A stretch of 64,000 nucleotides of DNA. Origin: an uncultured Clostridia bacterium. Lineage in GTDB: Bacteria > Bacillota > Clostridia > UBA1381. Made by a program: the position numbers and the translations under genes. The notes under the pieces were generated by a model that was not told the origin of the DNA, ran no database searches, and worked only from the letters and a program-made list of their open reading frames with translations. How positions within the stretch are numbered: the first letter of the stretch is position 1; each line of letters opens with the position of its first letter. Below, in pieces: positions 28,057 through 39,500 of the stretch. The stretch spans positions 105,910 through 169,909 of the forward strand of contig CAKSDE010000003.1 of assembly GCA_934444735.1 (NCBI GenBank), read 5' to 3'.

Positions 28057-28127
28057 TTGCTGTTCCTCCTGTTTTTTTCAGAGAAACGGCGGCAGACCGC
28101 AGCCGCCGTTTCTTCGTATCGCATGAG

Positions 28128-31100
28128 TTATTTTATCTCGTCTGCAGCGCAAACCGGAATATAGTCGTTTTCCCACAAAAATGCCTTTGCCGTCATATTT
28201 GCTCTGTCCGCCGTTACATATTCTGCGGACATACCGCTCCACTCTGCACCTTGAGTTACGTTCATCAGGCTCTTGCCCGTCTTAACCGAAACCAAATTCA
28301 GCGAATCACCGTCTTTTTCGTAAAGTGCAATCGCATACATCGGCTTTGCAGCCTTTACGCCTGTGTTGGTATAGTTATATTTAACTTTATAATTATGTCC
28401 CTTTTCGATTACCGTAACCGCATTTCCGTTTTCATCTGTAATCTCTACGCTGTTTGCTACATTTCTTATGCATATATCATCAACATCAAATGTAATATTA
28501 TTAAGGAGTGCCGAAATTGTGTCATCACTTCTTAAAAGTCCCGTGAACGAGAACCCAATGTCCAGTATCTTGTCATCTTCTTTCAGACTCCAGTTATCTA
28601 CGGTTTTATCTGCAAGCGACGCCTCCAGCATACCGTCGGCATTGTACAAATAATAGCTTGCCTTCTCTATCTTACCTTCCGCGTCTGTACTGAATATGGT
28701 TTTTACGGTATACCATGCATTGTCCTCCATTATGCTTGAATCAGCCAAGGATTCGCCCTTTGCCTGCTTTTTATCGGGCATCCACCAGCAGGTTGCCGTC
28801 TTTTCCTGATACGGCATAACACGAAGATCTTTGTCCGAGAGATTATATCCCCAAATCTGATATATATTTCCGCCGAAGCTGTAAAGATCATTGTACTCGC
28901 TGTTCATCATCATACGCGCACGCAAATCCTTTATTGCATTTTCTCCGACATTGATTCTGAATTTTGACGAAACCTCAATACTGCTGTTCGCTTTCATCTT
29001 GTATCCTGTTTTTACATACATATCCGGCTGTGTACTTGTATATCCCGATGCCTGATTATTATTTGCATATGCTGTGCCTTTGGGTACTGTCATTCTGAGA
29101 TATGTATTGCCGTCCTCGGTTACCGTTTCTAATGTCGGTGTTCCGTTTGCCGCGCCCAACCGCCAGCCGTCTGTTGTTCCGTTTTCAAAATCATATTTTA
29201 TATTATCATTTTCCGATACTACCGTAAAACTGTATTGAGTATTTGCAAATACAGAACCCTCAGCTGTCATTTTATCGCCGAACACAACGGTATATGCTCC
29301 CGATTCCGGAGTCTGTGCAAAATCAATCGTGATTTCTTTGCTTCCTGCATTATAGCTTATATTTGCCGAAACTTCCACACCGTTTTCATCAAGCACTTTT
29401 ATATCCTCATATCCGTTTGCAAAATCCAAAGCCGAGCTGAGTGCAATTACTGCGCTTTCTCCCTGCTCAATAATATCATTTTTTAAGCTTGCGGTCGCAC
29501 GCTCACCCAATTCTTTCACCGTGAAGTTATCAATATCAAATGTTATAGGTGCATCGGCTGTTATTTCCTTTGCAAAATCGGTAAAGTCAAAATTAAGCGT
29601 ATCGATTACGTTCAATCTGCTGATTTTCGCAACAGGATCATTGGCAATATTCTGCTTTACATTCCATATAACATTTCCGTCCTCATCTGTTATATACATC
29701 CAAATCTGTCCGCATTCCGAATCACTGTTATAAAGCTTAACATTAACGTTATACCACTTATCTGCCGCAATCGGGCCCTTACCTAAAGATGTTGACGCAT
29801 AAAGCACCGTCTTATTCGCATCAAGCTTATTAAAGATATTGAGTCTGTCATATCTGCCCGTCCAGTTTGTGTCTTTGGTAAATCCCCAAAGCTTTCTTGA
29901 ATTTTCGATCTCATTTTTTGTATTTTCGTTTTGGTTTACAAGCATTGAGAAACAGGTATTTGTCAAATCCGAGAATCTCACCTTCATGAAAATATCTGTC
30001 CAGCGCTTATCGGTCAGAGCATATCCGCTGCCGTTTGCAAGCGATATTGAAAGATTCGGTCTTTTACCAAAATCATTTTCTTCTCTCCAGTCACCGACCA
30101 TGCTCACTCTTGCATACTTATTTCCGTTTTCTTCGGTTTGAACGCTCATATTGACTGTACCTTGCGAAGCATTAAGAGTCCAGTTGGAGGGTATTTCACC
30201 ATCTTCAAAATCATACTTTTCTTTCGTTCCTATCTTTTGTTCGGTTACGATGAATGTAAATTCATATTCATCAAGTGCATATCCGAGCACCGTCATACTT
30301 TCCGGCAATGTTACGGTATATCTTCCGGGAACAAGTGTTTCATTGGGTGTAATGATAATTCTGCTGTTTTCATTATCATATGTTGCTGTTGAGGAAATAA
30401 GCTCCGCACCCTTTTTAAGCACTACATTTCCTAACATACTTTCCAAACTGTCCGGCTTTGTGCTGAGCTGCACCTGTATATCGGAGGCACTCTCTCTTTC
30501 GCCCTCCGAAACAAGCGATACCTTTGTATTTACCGCATCCGGGTTATAAACTCTTAAATCATCTATGTCCAAGGTTACCCCGGAAACAGTTGCAGGCACA
30601 ACTCTTAAATTCAATCCCAAAGTATTGATTGTTTCCAGATTATAGAGCGGCAGACTTGCCTGATCACCCTGAAGCGCTCTGTTGGAAAGCATCCAAAGCA
30701 CTGTGTTATTTTCTTCGTCCGTCCATGTAACATCATACTTCACAATCTTTCCGCTTGTATTTGAGTAAAGCGTCATATCCACCTTATACCAATTATCCGC
30801 CGCCGGATTATTCATATAAAAGTTTGAACCCGGGTATGATGCAATCGCTCCGTTTTTCCACTGATCGAACATCGTAAGCCCCATAATATTGCAACCGCGG
30901 TTTGCATTCCACTGTGAACGCCCCATTTCCCATATAGTGCTTTCTCCTATTTCCTGATAAGTCTTACCGATATAGTTAAATACAAGCTTTCTCTCAAATG
31001 CAGCGATATTATTTGTCCTCATCTTCATGGAAATCTTAGTTTTGCTGCCCGGTGCTATCGCATAATCGGGAGATATGTATACATCGGGCATAACTGCAGG

Positions 31101-31346
31101 ATCTGTAGAATTAGCATAATCTCCGCTTATGGTAACTCTTGCAAACTTATTTCCGTTTTCCTCCGCATTGCTCACATCTACCGTTCCTGCATGCTCACCG
31201 ACCGTCAAGCCGCCGACTGTTCCGTCTTCAAAATCCAGGTTTATAAATGCAGAAGCGTTTTCCGCAAAAACCTGCGGCAGAGTTACTCCCTGCAAAAGCA
31301 TTGTCCCCGTCACCAGAGCACCAATAATTTTTCTTGTTTTTTTCAT
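28128..31346 (-). CDS. Secreted 1072 aa protein with three copies of a roughly 250 aa CBM-like (FEDG...ENGNxF/YARV) domain separated by Ig-like spacers. Ends in the roughly 70 aa C-terminal module.
   Basis: Signal MKKTRKIIGALVTGTMLLQGVTLPQVFA. First domain roughly 70% identical to the N-domain of the adjacent 1721 aa protein. Two further divergent copies (KYDFEDGEIPSNW...; IKYDFENGTTDGW...). C-terminus AIALYEKDGDSL...KAFLWENDYIPV. Confidence 0.7.
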   Translation of the reverse strand: MKKTRKIIGALVTGTMLLQGVTLPQVFAENASAFINLDFEDGTVGGLTVGEHAGTVDVSNAEENGNKFARVTISGDYANSTDPAVMPDVYISPDYAIAPGSKTKISMKMRTNNIAAFERKLVFNYIGKTYQEIGESTIWEMGRSQWNANRGCNIMGLTMFDQWKNGAIASYPGSNFYMNNPAADNWYKVDMTLYSNTSGKIVKYDVTWTDEENNTVLWMLSNRALQGDQASLPLYNLETINTLGLNLRVVPATVSGVTLDIDDLRVYNPDAVNTKVSLVSEGERESASDIQVQLSTKPDSLESMLGNVVLKKGAELISSTATYDNENSRIIITPNETLVPGRYTVTLPESMTVLGYALDEYEFTFIVTEQKIGTKEKYDFEDGEIPSNWTLNASQGTVNMSVQTEENGNKYARVSMVGDWREENDFGKRPNLSISLANGSGYALTDKRWTDIFMKVRFSDLTNTCFSMLVNQNENTKNEIENSRKLWGFTKDTNWTGRYDRLNIFNKLDANKTVLYASTSLGKGPIAADKWYNVNVKLYNSDSECGQIWMYITDEDGNVIWNVKQNIANDPVAKISRLNVIDTLNFDFTDFAKEITADAPITFDIDNFTVKELGERATASLKNDIIEQGESAVIALSSALDFANGYEDIKVLDENGVEVSANISYNAGSKEITIDFAQTPESGAYTVVFGDKMTAEGSVFANTQYSFTVVSENDNIKYDFENGTTDGWRLGAANGTPTLETVTEDGNTYLRMTVPKGTAYANNNQASGYTSTQPDMYVKTGYKMKANSSIEVSSKFRINVGENAIKDLRARMMMNSEYNDLYSFGGNIYQIWGYNLSDKDLRVMPYQEKTATCWWMPDKKQAKGESLADSSIMEDNAWYTVKTIFSTDAEGKIEKASYYLYNADGMLEASLADKTVDNWSLKEDDKILDIGFSFTGLLRSDDTISALLNNITFDVDDICIRNVANSVEITDENGNAVTVIEKGHNYKVKYNYTNTGVKAAKPMYAIALYEKDGDSLNLVSVKTGKSLMNVTQGAEWSGMSAEYVTADRANMTAKAFLWENDYIPVCAADEIK

Positions 31347-31388
31347 TTTTTTCTTCCTCCTTATTTTTTCGCATAAAGCGATTATTTT

Positions 31389-33959
31389 TTATCTGAATAC
31401 CACGCACATTCTTGCACCGTTTGCGGCATAGTGAACATACATCTTATCGCCCACTCTGACCTCCGCAAGATTTGAAATATACACATCATCATTTTGTGTA
31501 TCTATCATAATTATGTTTCCTTCAGCCTGCAGTACATATTCTTCGTTTAACGTAAGCACTTTCATATATCCGTACGTTCCGAGAGTCGGATCAACTGCCG
31601 TAACATACCCGCACATACTGTTGTAATAGTTAAATACCGAATCGTAAAATTCATCACAGTTGTTGTCCGTAAATATAACCGACGCAGCTTTTAAAGCATT
31701 AAACTGATCAAAGCTTACTCTCAAAAGAGTCCCCGGTTTTAACCAGTTCTTGCTCGATAAGTCTATTAACTCTTTTAGTGTTTGAGAACAAGTCAGCTGA
31801 TATTTCTCGTTGTTCTGCGATTTTTTCTTTGATTCTTGATTTACAAGTATGCCCTTTAATACATAAACCGGTTCATCTTCATCATCAAGCCCTTCTCCGA
31901 CACTCTTTACATACATCCAATATTCGTTTTCGTTTGCAATTTGTGAAGGCGGCGTCCCCGCTGTTCCCACTCTGCACATCAGAAAATCGTTTGGCGTATA
32001 CATTTCAACATAAGCAAGTGTATTTCCGCCGCCCATAGCCGAACCGGTTGTTACCGAATACTGCTCAGTCTTGGCGGTATCGCTCGGGATTCTGAACACG
32101 ATCGCATCATTCATAAGAGAATACTGGGTTTCTTTAAACCATTTTGCATTGCTCCCGAGTGTAACAGTTCCCGTATATCCCGATAGGAGCCTGTACTCAT
32201 CATCCTTTTCTTCAAAATTATCGATAAAGGTATCAATAAAGCTGATCTCTCCCAGGGTTGTTACCGAGAACCCTGCATCCATCACGGTTTCGCCCTCTTT
32301 TGCCTTATAACGTATAACCTTATCGGTCATTTTATTGTTTCTTATAGTATCTACCGCATTCTCGGCACTGACTCCCGTTTTCCCGTCAAGCGTAATTTTA
32401 TCTTTTAAAGTATACGTTTTCCATTCGCCGTTTTCCGTAAATATTTCAGCAGTCACCTTATCCGTTTCATCATCTTTCCAGATTTTTCTCAGATATGCAT
32501 ATGAATATTGGCTGCTCGGCTTAAATCCTGCGATATATCTGTCGTCCGAAACATAGAATGTACCGGTCGAATTAAGCTCAATCTTTCTTGATTCGCTTGA
32601 ATTTCTGTATGACGATGCGATATAGTAATCACGCTTATCTATCGTCACCTTATTTTTCTCTGTGTCAAAGTCGCTCACGCGCCCGGTCAGCTTTGTGCTG
32701 CTCACGCTGATTTCTTTAAAGCTGCCGTCACTGTTTTGCATAAACTTTATCGTGTCATTTGTAACAATCTGCGTCCAGTCAAAATCCGCCCCGTTCTTTT
32801 TGCATATCAGAACATCATCTTCACTCATATTGATTTCACTCGAGCCGTTTAATTTAATGCCGTTTCCGAGAGTTATCTTTTTGCTGTGCGCATTTGCTGA
32901 TGCCACCGTACAATACATATATTCCTTTATTATAAGGCAGTCATACTTTTCGTTCTTCTTGCTCTTTGATACGGTAAGCGTTCCGTCCATATTCTTATAA
33001 TTATCGAGAATACTTATATCCGTTGTAACGTCCCAATTGCGCACTATATATTTTATATCCTTTAACGGTATGCGCTTTTCTTCTCCGCTTTTCGTTGTAT
33101 AATAAATATAGCTGTCCAATTGATCGATATTTTTAAAATCAACCGTTACACTGTCCTCGCTGTTTTCTCTTTCGGCATAAAGAACGGTATATTCGTCACC
33201 GTCTTGTTTTACATATGCCAAAACTCTCATTCCGAGGTATTGCTCTATTCCCGAATTACCTTTATAATAAGATGCTCGATCTATAAACACCTCATCTTTT
33301 CTCAGCTGTGTCTTTGAAAAAAGATTCTTTTTATAGATTGCGTCTACAAATCCTTTGACTTTGACAATCGAGAATTTGTCCTCCAAAAGCGAGTTATTAG
33401 AAATTTCAAATTCCTGTGCCGTACCCGAAAGCTTTACCTTAACATACTGCGAGTTAAGCGTATTCCATACAAGCACCGCAAATTCGCCTGCGGTTATCTC
33501 TTTTTTCGCGTCATATGAAAGACCTTTTAGTAATCCCAGCCCTTGCGCTGTCTCCTCAACCGATTGTTCGGGATAGATTTTTTTGTATCCCAAAATATCA
33601 TTCATATAATCTACGGCTTCTTCCATCAAAACCGTTCTCTCGTCTGTTCCCTGCTCTTTTACATCTCTTCCGCGAAGTGTCTCGGCGCTCCATGTAAATT
33701 CATCATACCGCAGCGCGCCCGCTTTTGCGGAATACGAAATAAAGCCCATCTTATTAAGCATATCCATATATTTTATATGTGCCGCATCCGCGTCCTGCTC
33801 ACCATTTTCCAAATACGCTCCCGTATCATACCTGTACACATCGTCCATGTACTCATATTCATAAACGTTTTTATAATCGGTTTTCGCCATAGCTGCACTC
33901 TCTAAAAGGCACACCGAGGCAAGCAAAAGCCCTGTCGTCCTTAACAATACTTTTCTCAT
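31389..33959 (-). CDS. Secreted 856 aa protein of unknown function with an SLH-like N-terminal region. Paralog of 50534-53491.
   Basis: Signal MRKVLLRTTGLLLASVCLLESAAMA. Collinear weak similarity to 50534-53491 through the middle and C-terminal regions. No recognizable catalytic motif. Confidence 0.55.
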   Translation of the reverse strand: MRKVLLRTTGLLLASVCLLESAAMAKTDYKNVYEYEYMDDVYRYDTGAYLENGEQDADAAHIKYMDMLNKMGFISYSAKAGALRYDEFTWSAETLRGRDVKEQGTDERTVLMEEAVDYMNDILGYKKIYPEQSVEETAQGLGLLKGLSYDAKKEITAGEFAVLVWNTLNSQYVKVKLSGTAQEFEISNNSLLEDKFSIVKVKGFVDAIYKKNLFSKTQLRKDEVFIDRASYYKGNSGIEQYLGMRVLAYVKQDGDEYTVLYAERENSEDSVTVDFKNIDQLDSYIYYTTKSGEEKRIPLKDIKYIVRNWDVTTDISILDNYKNMDGTLTVSKSKKNEKYDCLIIKEYMYCTVASANAHSKKITLGNGIKLNGSSEINMSEDDVLICKKNGADFDWTQIVTNDTIKFMQNSDGSFKEISVSSTKLTGRVSDFDTEKNKVTIDKRDYYIASSYRNSSESRKIELNSTGTFYVSDDRYIAGFKPSSQYSYAYLRKIWKDDETDKVTAEIFTENGEWKTYTLKDKITLDGKTGVSAENAVDTIRNNKMTDKVIRYKAKEGETVMDAGFSVTTLGEISFIDTFIDNFEEKDDEYRLLSGYTGTVTLGSNAKWFKETQYSLMNDAIVFRIPSDTAKTEQYSVTTGSAMGGGNTLAYVEMYTPNDFLMCRVGTAGTPPSQIANENEYWMYVKSVGEGLDDEDEPVYVLKGILVNQESKKKSQNNEKYQLTCSQTLKELIDLSSKNWLKPGTLLRVSFDQFNALKAASVIFTDNNCDEFYDSVFNYYNSMCGYVTAVDPTLGTYGYMKVLTLNEEYVLQAEGNIIMIDTQNDDVYISNLAEVRVGDKMYVHYAANGARMCVVFR

Positions 33960-33978
33960 CTGACCATATCCCTCCTTT

Positions 33979-36573
33979 TTAATATAATGTCAATTCTCCG
34001 TGAAGATAATCGATCAGCTCACGGTCGCTTTCGGAATTAAACAAATCCGCAGTATCGCTTACCGTAACAAATCCTATATCGTCCCAGAATATTTCTTTGC
34101 CGAGTATCTCCGAAAGCGTTCTTACCGGAATCAAGGTTCTTGCATCCTTGAACTTTACCTCGCCCTGTGCCTCAACCGCCTCACCGTTTTTGAAGAATTG
34201 AGAGGTCTTAGCATCGATCGTTGCCGTGTTTTCTTCCGTCCGTATCGTGATTATTTTATCCGCATCATTATACTCTACGCTTGCTCCCAATGCCTCTGCC
34301 ACAAATCTTACCGGCAAATACGTCAGATTATCCATTATGGTCGGCATAACGTCAAGGCTTTGGTCTATTGTTTTTTTCTCGCCCTTTACAAATGCATAAG
34401 GGCTTCCTATACAAAGCGCTGTCGCCTCACTTATTCTCTCCTCCGCCCTTTGGCTGTATCTTCCCATTCTCGTAAACGGAACAGGCTTAAATCCGGGGAG
34501 TTCGTCAAATATCGGCGCGTCCTTTTTCAAAAGATAATTGCCTTCTTCGGCATCATAGAATCCCGGATCCTCCGAGGTTTCATAATTATCTTTTTCCAGT
34601 CCAGTCCGCTTTAAAGATTCCACAATCTGATTTGCACCCGATTTATATAAAAGATTAGTATCAAATACATTTCCTGCAGGTGTCATTTTATCCTCCGGCT
34701 TCATCTCATAAAGCTCAGGATATGCCTCTTTCCATATATCACTCTTTATGATCTTCTGATTTTCGGGATCTTCTATATCGGTCAATGATTCAAGATTTGA
34801 ATAATGCGAACCTCGTATCGGTGTTGTACAGTTTATAAATATATTGTTGTACACTATAAAATCTCTTCCGCTTCCGATAAATATGCCCGCACCTGCGATA
34901 TTTTCCAGAACATTTCCGATAACGTCATATGACGAAAAACCGTCGTCAAAATATATCGCACGCACACCCATAGTTCCGCTTATCGAGGAGCCTATATCAT
35001 GGAAATAATTGTATTTCATCACATTTCCGCGAGTCATACCTTCTCGTCCCACATAAAACGCACCTGCATCGTCCGTTTCCTTGCAGACATCATAAACTTC
35101 GTTATACTCAACGACCATATTATTGCCGTTTGCCGATATTGCCGCATGCGGTGCGCCGTGAACTTCGTTATAAGACATTCTGTTTCCCACGCCGCCGTGA
35201 AGTCCTATCGCATAATTATATGTTTTGGTGAGTCTGGAGTAATTTTCAAATTCACAGTTTTCGACATACGTTCCTCCCGGCGTAAGCGTTACTTTGTCCC
35301 CCGAACCGTACACTCTAACACCGCCGTTTGTATCATGTATATAGCAATTTTTCACTCCGTTGTTTTTACCGCCGTTCATATATACAGCCTGTGCCGCCGT
35401 ATACGATATTTCGCTGGAGTCAATCACGATATTTTCGGCATTATCCAGATAGAAAATTCTCCCCCGAAATACCGTAAAGTCAAGATTTTTAAAATTCACA
35501 TAGCTGCATTGATTTAAAGACACTGCACTGTCCGTCATAAGTGAAAGATTGATCTCCATATCGGAAATATCTCCGTCGGGGTAGAAATACAAAATCCCGC
35601 TGTCTTTGTCAAGATAATATTCGCCCGGTGAGTCCAGCTCTTCAATCAGATTGTAAATATAAAACGGTGCTCCCTCTCTGCCGCCGTAGTGCGAAAGATA
35701 CTTGGTTATTATAACACCCTTATCAGTAACCTCTTTTACGGGTATTGTCGCATCAGCCCAGTCCTGTCCGAAAAGTCCCCAAACGAGTGCGTCTTTTGCA
35801 TTTGTCCAGTTTTTGCTTCTCTCATCTGTCGGCAGTACCTCAAAGGTCTGTCTTTTATCTTCGGGAATGTTCTTTATTGCCTCGATTTCCTCATCGCTTT
35901 TCCCTGTAGTTACCAATCCCGTCCATTCCTTAATCTTCATATTTTCCTCGCCGTTTGGGTAACGCGCCGGAGTCATAGCTACACCATCGACAAAAAGTTC
36001 ATAATCACTACCTCTTGTAAGCAAGTTTGCAAATTCAGGGTATATTCTTCTCAATTGAGCAGTATCGGAAGATGAACCCAAAAGCGCACGCTCCGGCATC
36101 TTGTCAACACCCAGATCATGAAGATTTACAGAGTATATCTTGTCCCTTGCCGAAGTATCCACGATACGTTTTACCCTCTCGTCATTCGCCTTTTTAAAAG
36201 CAGAACCCGGAATATGCATACCTCCGGTAAATTTAACCTCTTCATCCATATAATTACGGTATGTAATCGGAGTTTCGGCAGTTCCCGAATCCGCCTCGGT
36301 AAATTTCAGACTGTTCTCCAGCTTATATTCACCGCCTCTTATCATTACCATAATCCCCTTTTTTCCTGCGCCGACAGTATTTTTTATGCTGCGCACCTCC
36401 TGTTTTGCCCTCTCCAGTGTTGCAAAAGGTGCGTCTATTGTGCCATTATTGGAATCATTTCCGTCGGTCGCAACGAATATGCAGGCATAATCGTCACTCA
36501 GCGCTTTTGCACCGATTAGTGGGCAGCCGAGAATTGTTGCCGCCAGCACAAGGCTTATCACTCTTTTTTTCAT
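33979..36573 (-). CDS. Secreted right-handed beta-helix enzyme (pectate-lyase fold, family unassigned) with two C-terminal copper-amine-oxidase N-terminal-like wall-binding domains
   Basis: Signal peptide. VFVATDGNDSNNGTIDAPFATLERA, ARYPNGEE, ELDSPGEYYLDKDSG, PbH1-like repeats and TDDAGAFYVGRE. C-terminal LPVRFVAEALGASVEYN...RTLIPVRTLSEILGKEIFWD (PF07833-like CuAO-N domains). Confidence 0.7.
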   Translation of the reverse strand: MKKRVISLVLAATILGCPLIGAKALSDDYACIFVATDGNDSNNGTIDAPFATLERAKQEVRSIKNTVGAGKKGIMVMIRGGEYKLENSLKFTEADSGTAETPITYRNYMDEEVKFTGGMHIPGSAFKKANDERVKRIVDTSARDKIYSVNLHDLGVDKMPERALLGSSSDTAQLRRIYPEFANLLTRGSDYELFVDGVAMTPARYPNGEENMKIKEWTGLVTTGKSDEEIEAIKNIPEDKRQTFEVLPTDERSKNWTNAKDALVWGLFGQDWADATIPVKEVTDKGVIITKYLSHYGGREGAPFYIYNLIEELDSPGEYYLDKDSGILYFYPDGDISDMEINLSLMTDSAVSLNQCSYVNFKNLDFTVFRGRIFYLDNAENIVIDSSEISYTAAQAVYMNGGKNNGVKNCYIHDTNGGVRVYGSGDKVTLTPGGTYVENCEFENYSRLTKTYNYAIGLHGGVGNRMSYNEVHGAPHAAISANGNNMVVEYNEVYDVCKETDDAGAFYVGREGMTRGNVMKYNYFHDIGSSISGTMGVRAIYFDDGFSSYDVIGNVLENIAGAGIFIGSGRDFIVYNNIFINCTTPIRGSHYSNLESLTDIEDPENQKIIKSDIWKEAYPELYEMKPEDKMTPAGNVFDTNLLYKSGANQIVESLKRTGLEKDNYETSEDPGFYDAEEGNYLLKKDAPIFDELPGFKPVPFTRMGRYSQRAEERISEATALCIGSPYAFVKGEKKTIDQSLDVMPTIMDNLTYLPVRFVAEALGASVEYNDADKIITIRTEENTATIDAKTSQFFKNGEAVEAQGEVKFKDARTLIPVRTLSEILGKEIFWDDIGFVTVSDTADLFNSESDRELIDYLHGELTLY

Positions 36574-39500
36574 CTTGTTTCTCCTTTCTCTCCTGTTAAT
36601 CCGATTTCTCCGAACGGAATCACTCCAAATCCCGGTATTTCTTTATATATATCGCTTTTTGCCAAAATCGAGAAATCTTTATTGTCATAATCCGCAAATA
36701 TATCGGTACTGTCAAAAATCACGTTTCCCGTAGGATCCAAAAGATAGCTGTATTTTTCAGGGATCTGCGGCAATGCCGAATTATAGAGTGCATTGTCATT
36801 AACTCTGTTATATTTCGGATCCTTCGGCTCATCATTTGCCGTTTCTCCGATCCACGGGAATTCCTTTTGCCATAAGGCGTTATTTTCATATATCTTCAAC
36901 CCATCCAAAAGGCTCTCGTTAAACGTCCAGTATCTTGAAATATAAACCGATTGCGGACAGTTAATCATCACATTTCTCTCTATCGTATTGTATCTTCCCG
37001 AGCCGATAAAGCACGCCCGATCAATATTTTCAAACACATTCGAGTACACATATTCTCCCGAAAGCCTCTCATCAAAGTAAATCCCCACAACCGTAGTTGC
37101 CGTTCCTGTCATTTCTTTTACTTTATTTTCAATATCATGTATATAGTTAAACCGCATTATATTTCCGGGTGCCGTAAAGGTAAGTCCTGCATAAATCGCG
37201 CCCGAGTCGAGTGTGTCATTGCAAACATTATATATTTCATTATATTCGATAATACACTTTTGACCATAAAATCCGATCGCCATATGCGCACTGTCTGAAA
37301 TTTCATTATATGAGGCTTTATTTCCCACACCATATAATGCAATTGCCGGCTCATATGTCGTTTTTTCCTGCGCAAACCGTTCAATTTTATTGTTCGTTAT
37401 TATATTTTTCCCGGGTGTAAGTGTAGCAGCACTGCCGCCGTCCGCTACAAATACACCGCGGCTCAAATCATGCGCCCAATTGCTCTCAATTCTGCAATTT
37501 TCACTCTTATTTATCCCTGCCGCCCTGCAAACTATGTTGGTAAATTCGCAATTTTTAATAACCACCCCATCGCAGTAATCATTCATCTTTATACAATAAT
37601 CATTCGCTGAAATCCCGTCAAAAACAATACCGTCAATAACCAGATTTTCAGCACCTTTTATGTTGATAAAGGAATCGAGCGATGTGTTTCGCGCATTATA
37701 TTTAATTTTGCTGTTCTCATTAAAATCCGCAAACGGATAAATGTAAATGTAATTATTTTCCTTATCAAAATACCATTCACCCTCCGAATTGAGTTCTTCC
37801 AAAATATTGGCGCAGTAAAATCTGTCATCTTTTCTGACAGCATACCCCGAATTTGCATTTGCGGTCATCAGCTTTTTATCTTCGGTGAAATCGCATTTAT
37901 AAAATACGTCGCTCCAATCCGCTCCCAGATAACCGAAAATATAAAATCCGTCCGAATCGCCCCACTCGCTCATTTTTCCTGCCAGTTCATCCGATGAAAA
38001 GGCGATAGGTCTGCGCTCGCTGATATTACCGGATTTATCCGTTGTGACACCGCTGTCAATGACCGATGTCACATGAATATAACCGCTGTCCGGATATCTT
38101 GCCAAAGTCATTCGCTTTGAGTCGGAAAAAAGTATTGGATTTATTGCCTTGTTTGAATAGCTTCTGTCCTCTATTTCGGGAATACTTCCAAAACCGTTTG
38201 CATCAAGCTTTATTCTCAAAACTTTTTCCTTTGCGTTTTCATTTTTAATCCTGTTTTTTATATCCTGCGGCACTTCTTCAAACATACTCCCCTTCATTGA
38301 TTTGACCGTTGTGAACACCGCTTTTTCTCCATTGTAAGCTTTATATGTTATGCCGCTGTCCGAAGATGTGAAATTGCACTTTGATGGAAAGTAATATTCA
38401 CCCTTACGAAAATACACCGTTGTCCCTTCTCCCGCAAGCCTTGCAGCACTTTGCGCTTTTTTTAGCGTTGCAAACGGACTGGTTATAGTGCCCGGATTTG
38501 CATCATTACCACTCGGGGACACATAAAATTCTTTTTTAGCGGCAGTAAGCGCTCTAACCGTTCCGAGCGACACCCCGGCAAGCGGAACAAGCCTTTTAAA
38601 AGAGTCCCACACAAATATTTTTATCGTATCATTCGCTGTCATTTTTGCCGAGCTGTATTGCATTGTTATATTTTTGCTGTCATATTCACCGGAGGTCATC
38701 TCTTTTAAGATACCGTCTTTGCCATATACCGCTGCAATAATGCGTACAATCGGCACTTCATTGTTCAGATTATTATTAACCGCCGCCACCGTCAATTTAT
38801 ATGTCCCGTTATTTTGTGAAACACCGACAGAATGGAGTTTTACATTATACTCAAAATCTATTCTGTACACTCCGTTTTCATCAGGAATAACCCCCTCGGT
38901 TATATATTCCTCTCCATTCACGCTGTATGCTCTTTCGTCCTCGGGATAAACCTTAATTTTCTTTTCCTCTTTTTTTACTGTCCCGTTTTTACCCAATATA
39001 AATATTTTCCCGATGGACTCATTCAGCTTTTTGCTGAAATCACACCCTTCAAAAACCAACATTGAAGAATCGCTTGTATAAATCTTTGATTTGATACTAA
39101 CCTCGGGCAGGATATATACCGCTGAATTATTCACGGTTATATTATTATAATTCCCACTCTCAATTCGTATATTTCCGCCGCACTCAATATCCGCATCATT
39201 TTTAAATACCGCATTTTTCCCGATTTTTGCGCTGCCAGAAATAATTATCTTCTCCTGCGGTGCGTTTTTAAGTGTAATATCACTAAGTTCAATATCACCG
39301 CTCAAGCTAAAGCTTTCGTTTTGGGATATATCCAGTATTCCTCCCGAAATCACAACTTTTTTGCCACAATCGACGCTATCGGCTGCAACCTCACCCAAAA
39401 GCTTAACCGTATCCCCCGTGTCCGCAGCAGCCAGTGCGGCAGAAACGGTTAAAAGCGGTGAATATAACGTTCCGTCATTGCTGTCGTTGCCTTTCGGGGA

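Noticed and set aside
28085-28112. GC-rich hairpin AAACGGCGGC-agaccgca-GCCGCCGTTT between the two giant paralogous genes, considered as an intrinsic terminator
   Set aside because: In the minus-strand transcript the stem is followed by CUCUGAAAAAAA and not by a U-tract. A T-run precedes it only on the plus strand. More likely it is an intercistronic stabilising or processing stem-loop than a terminator.
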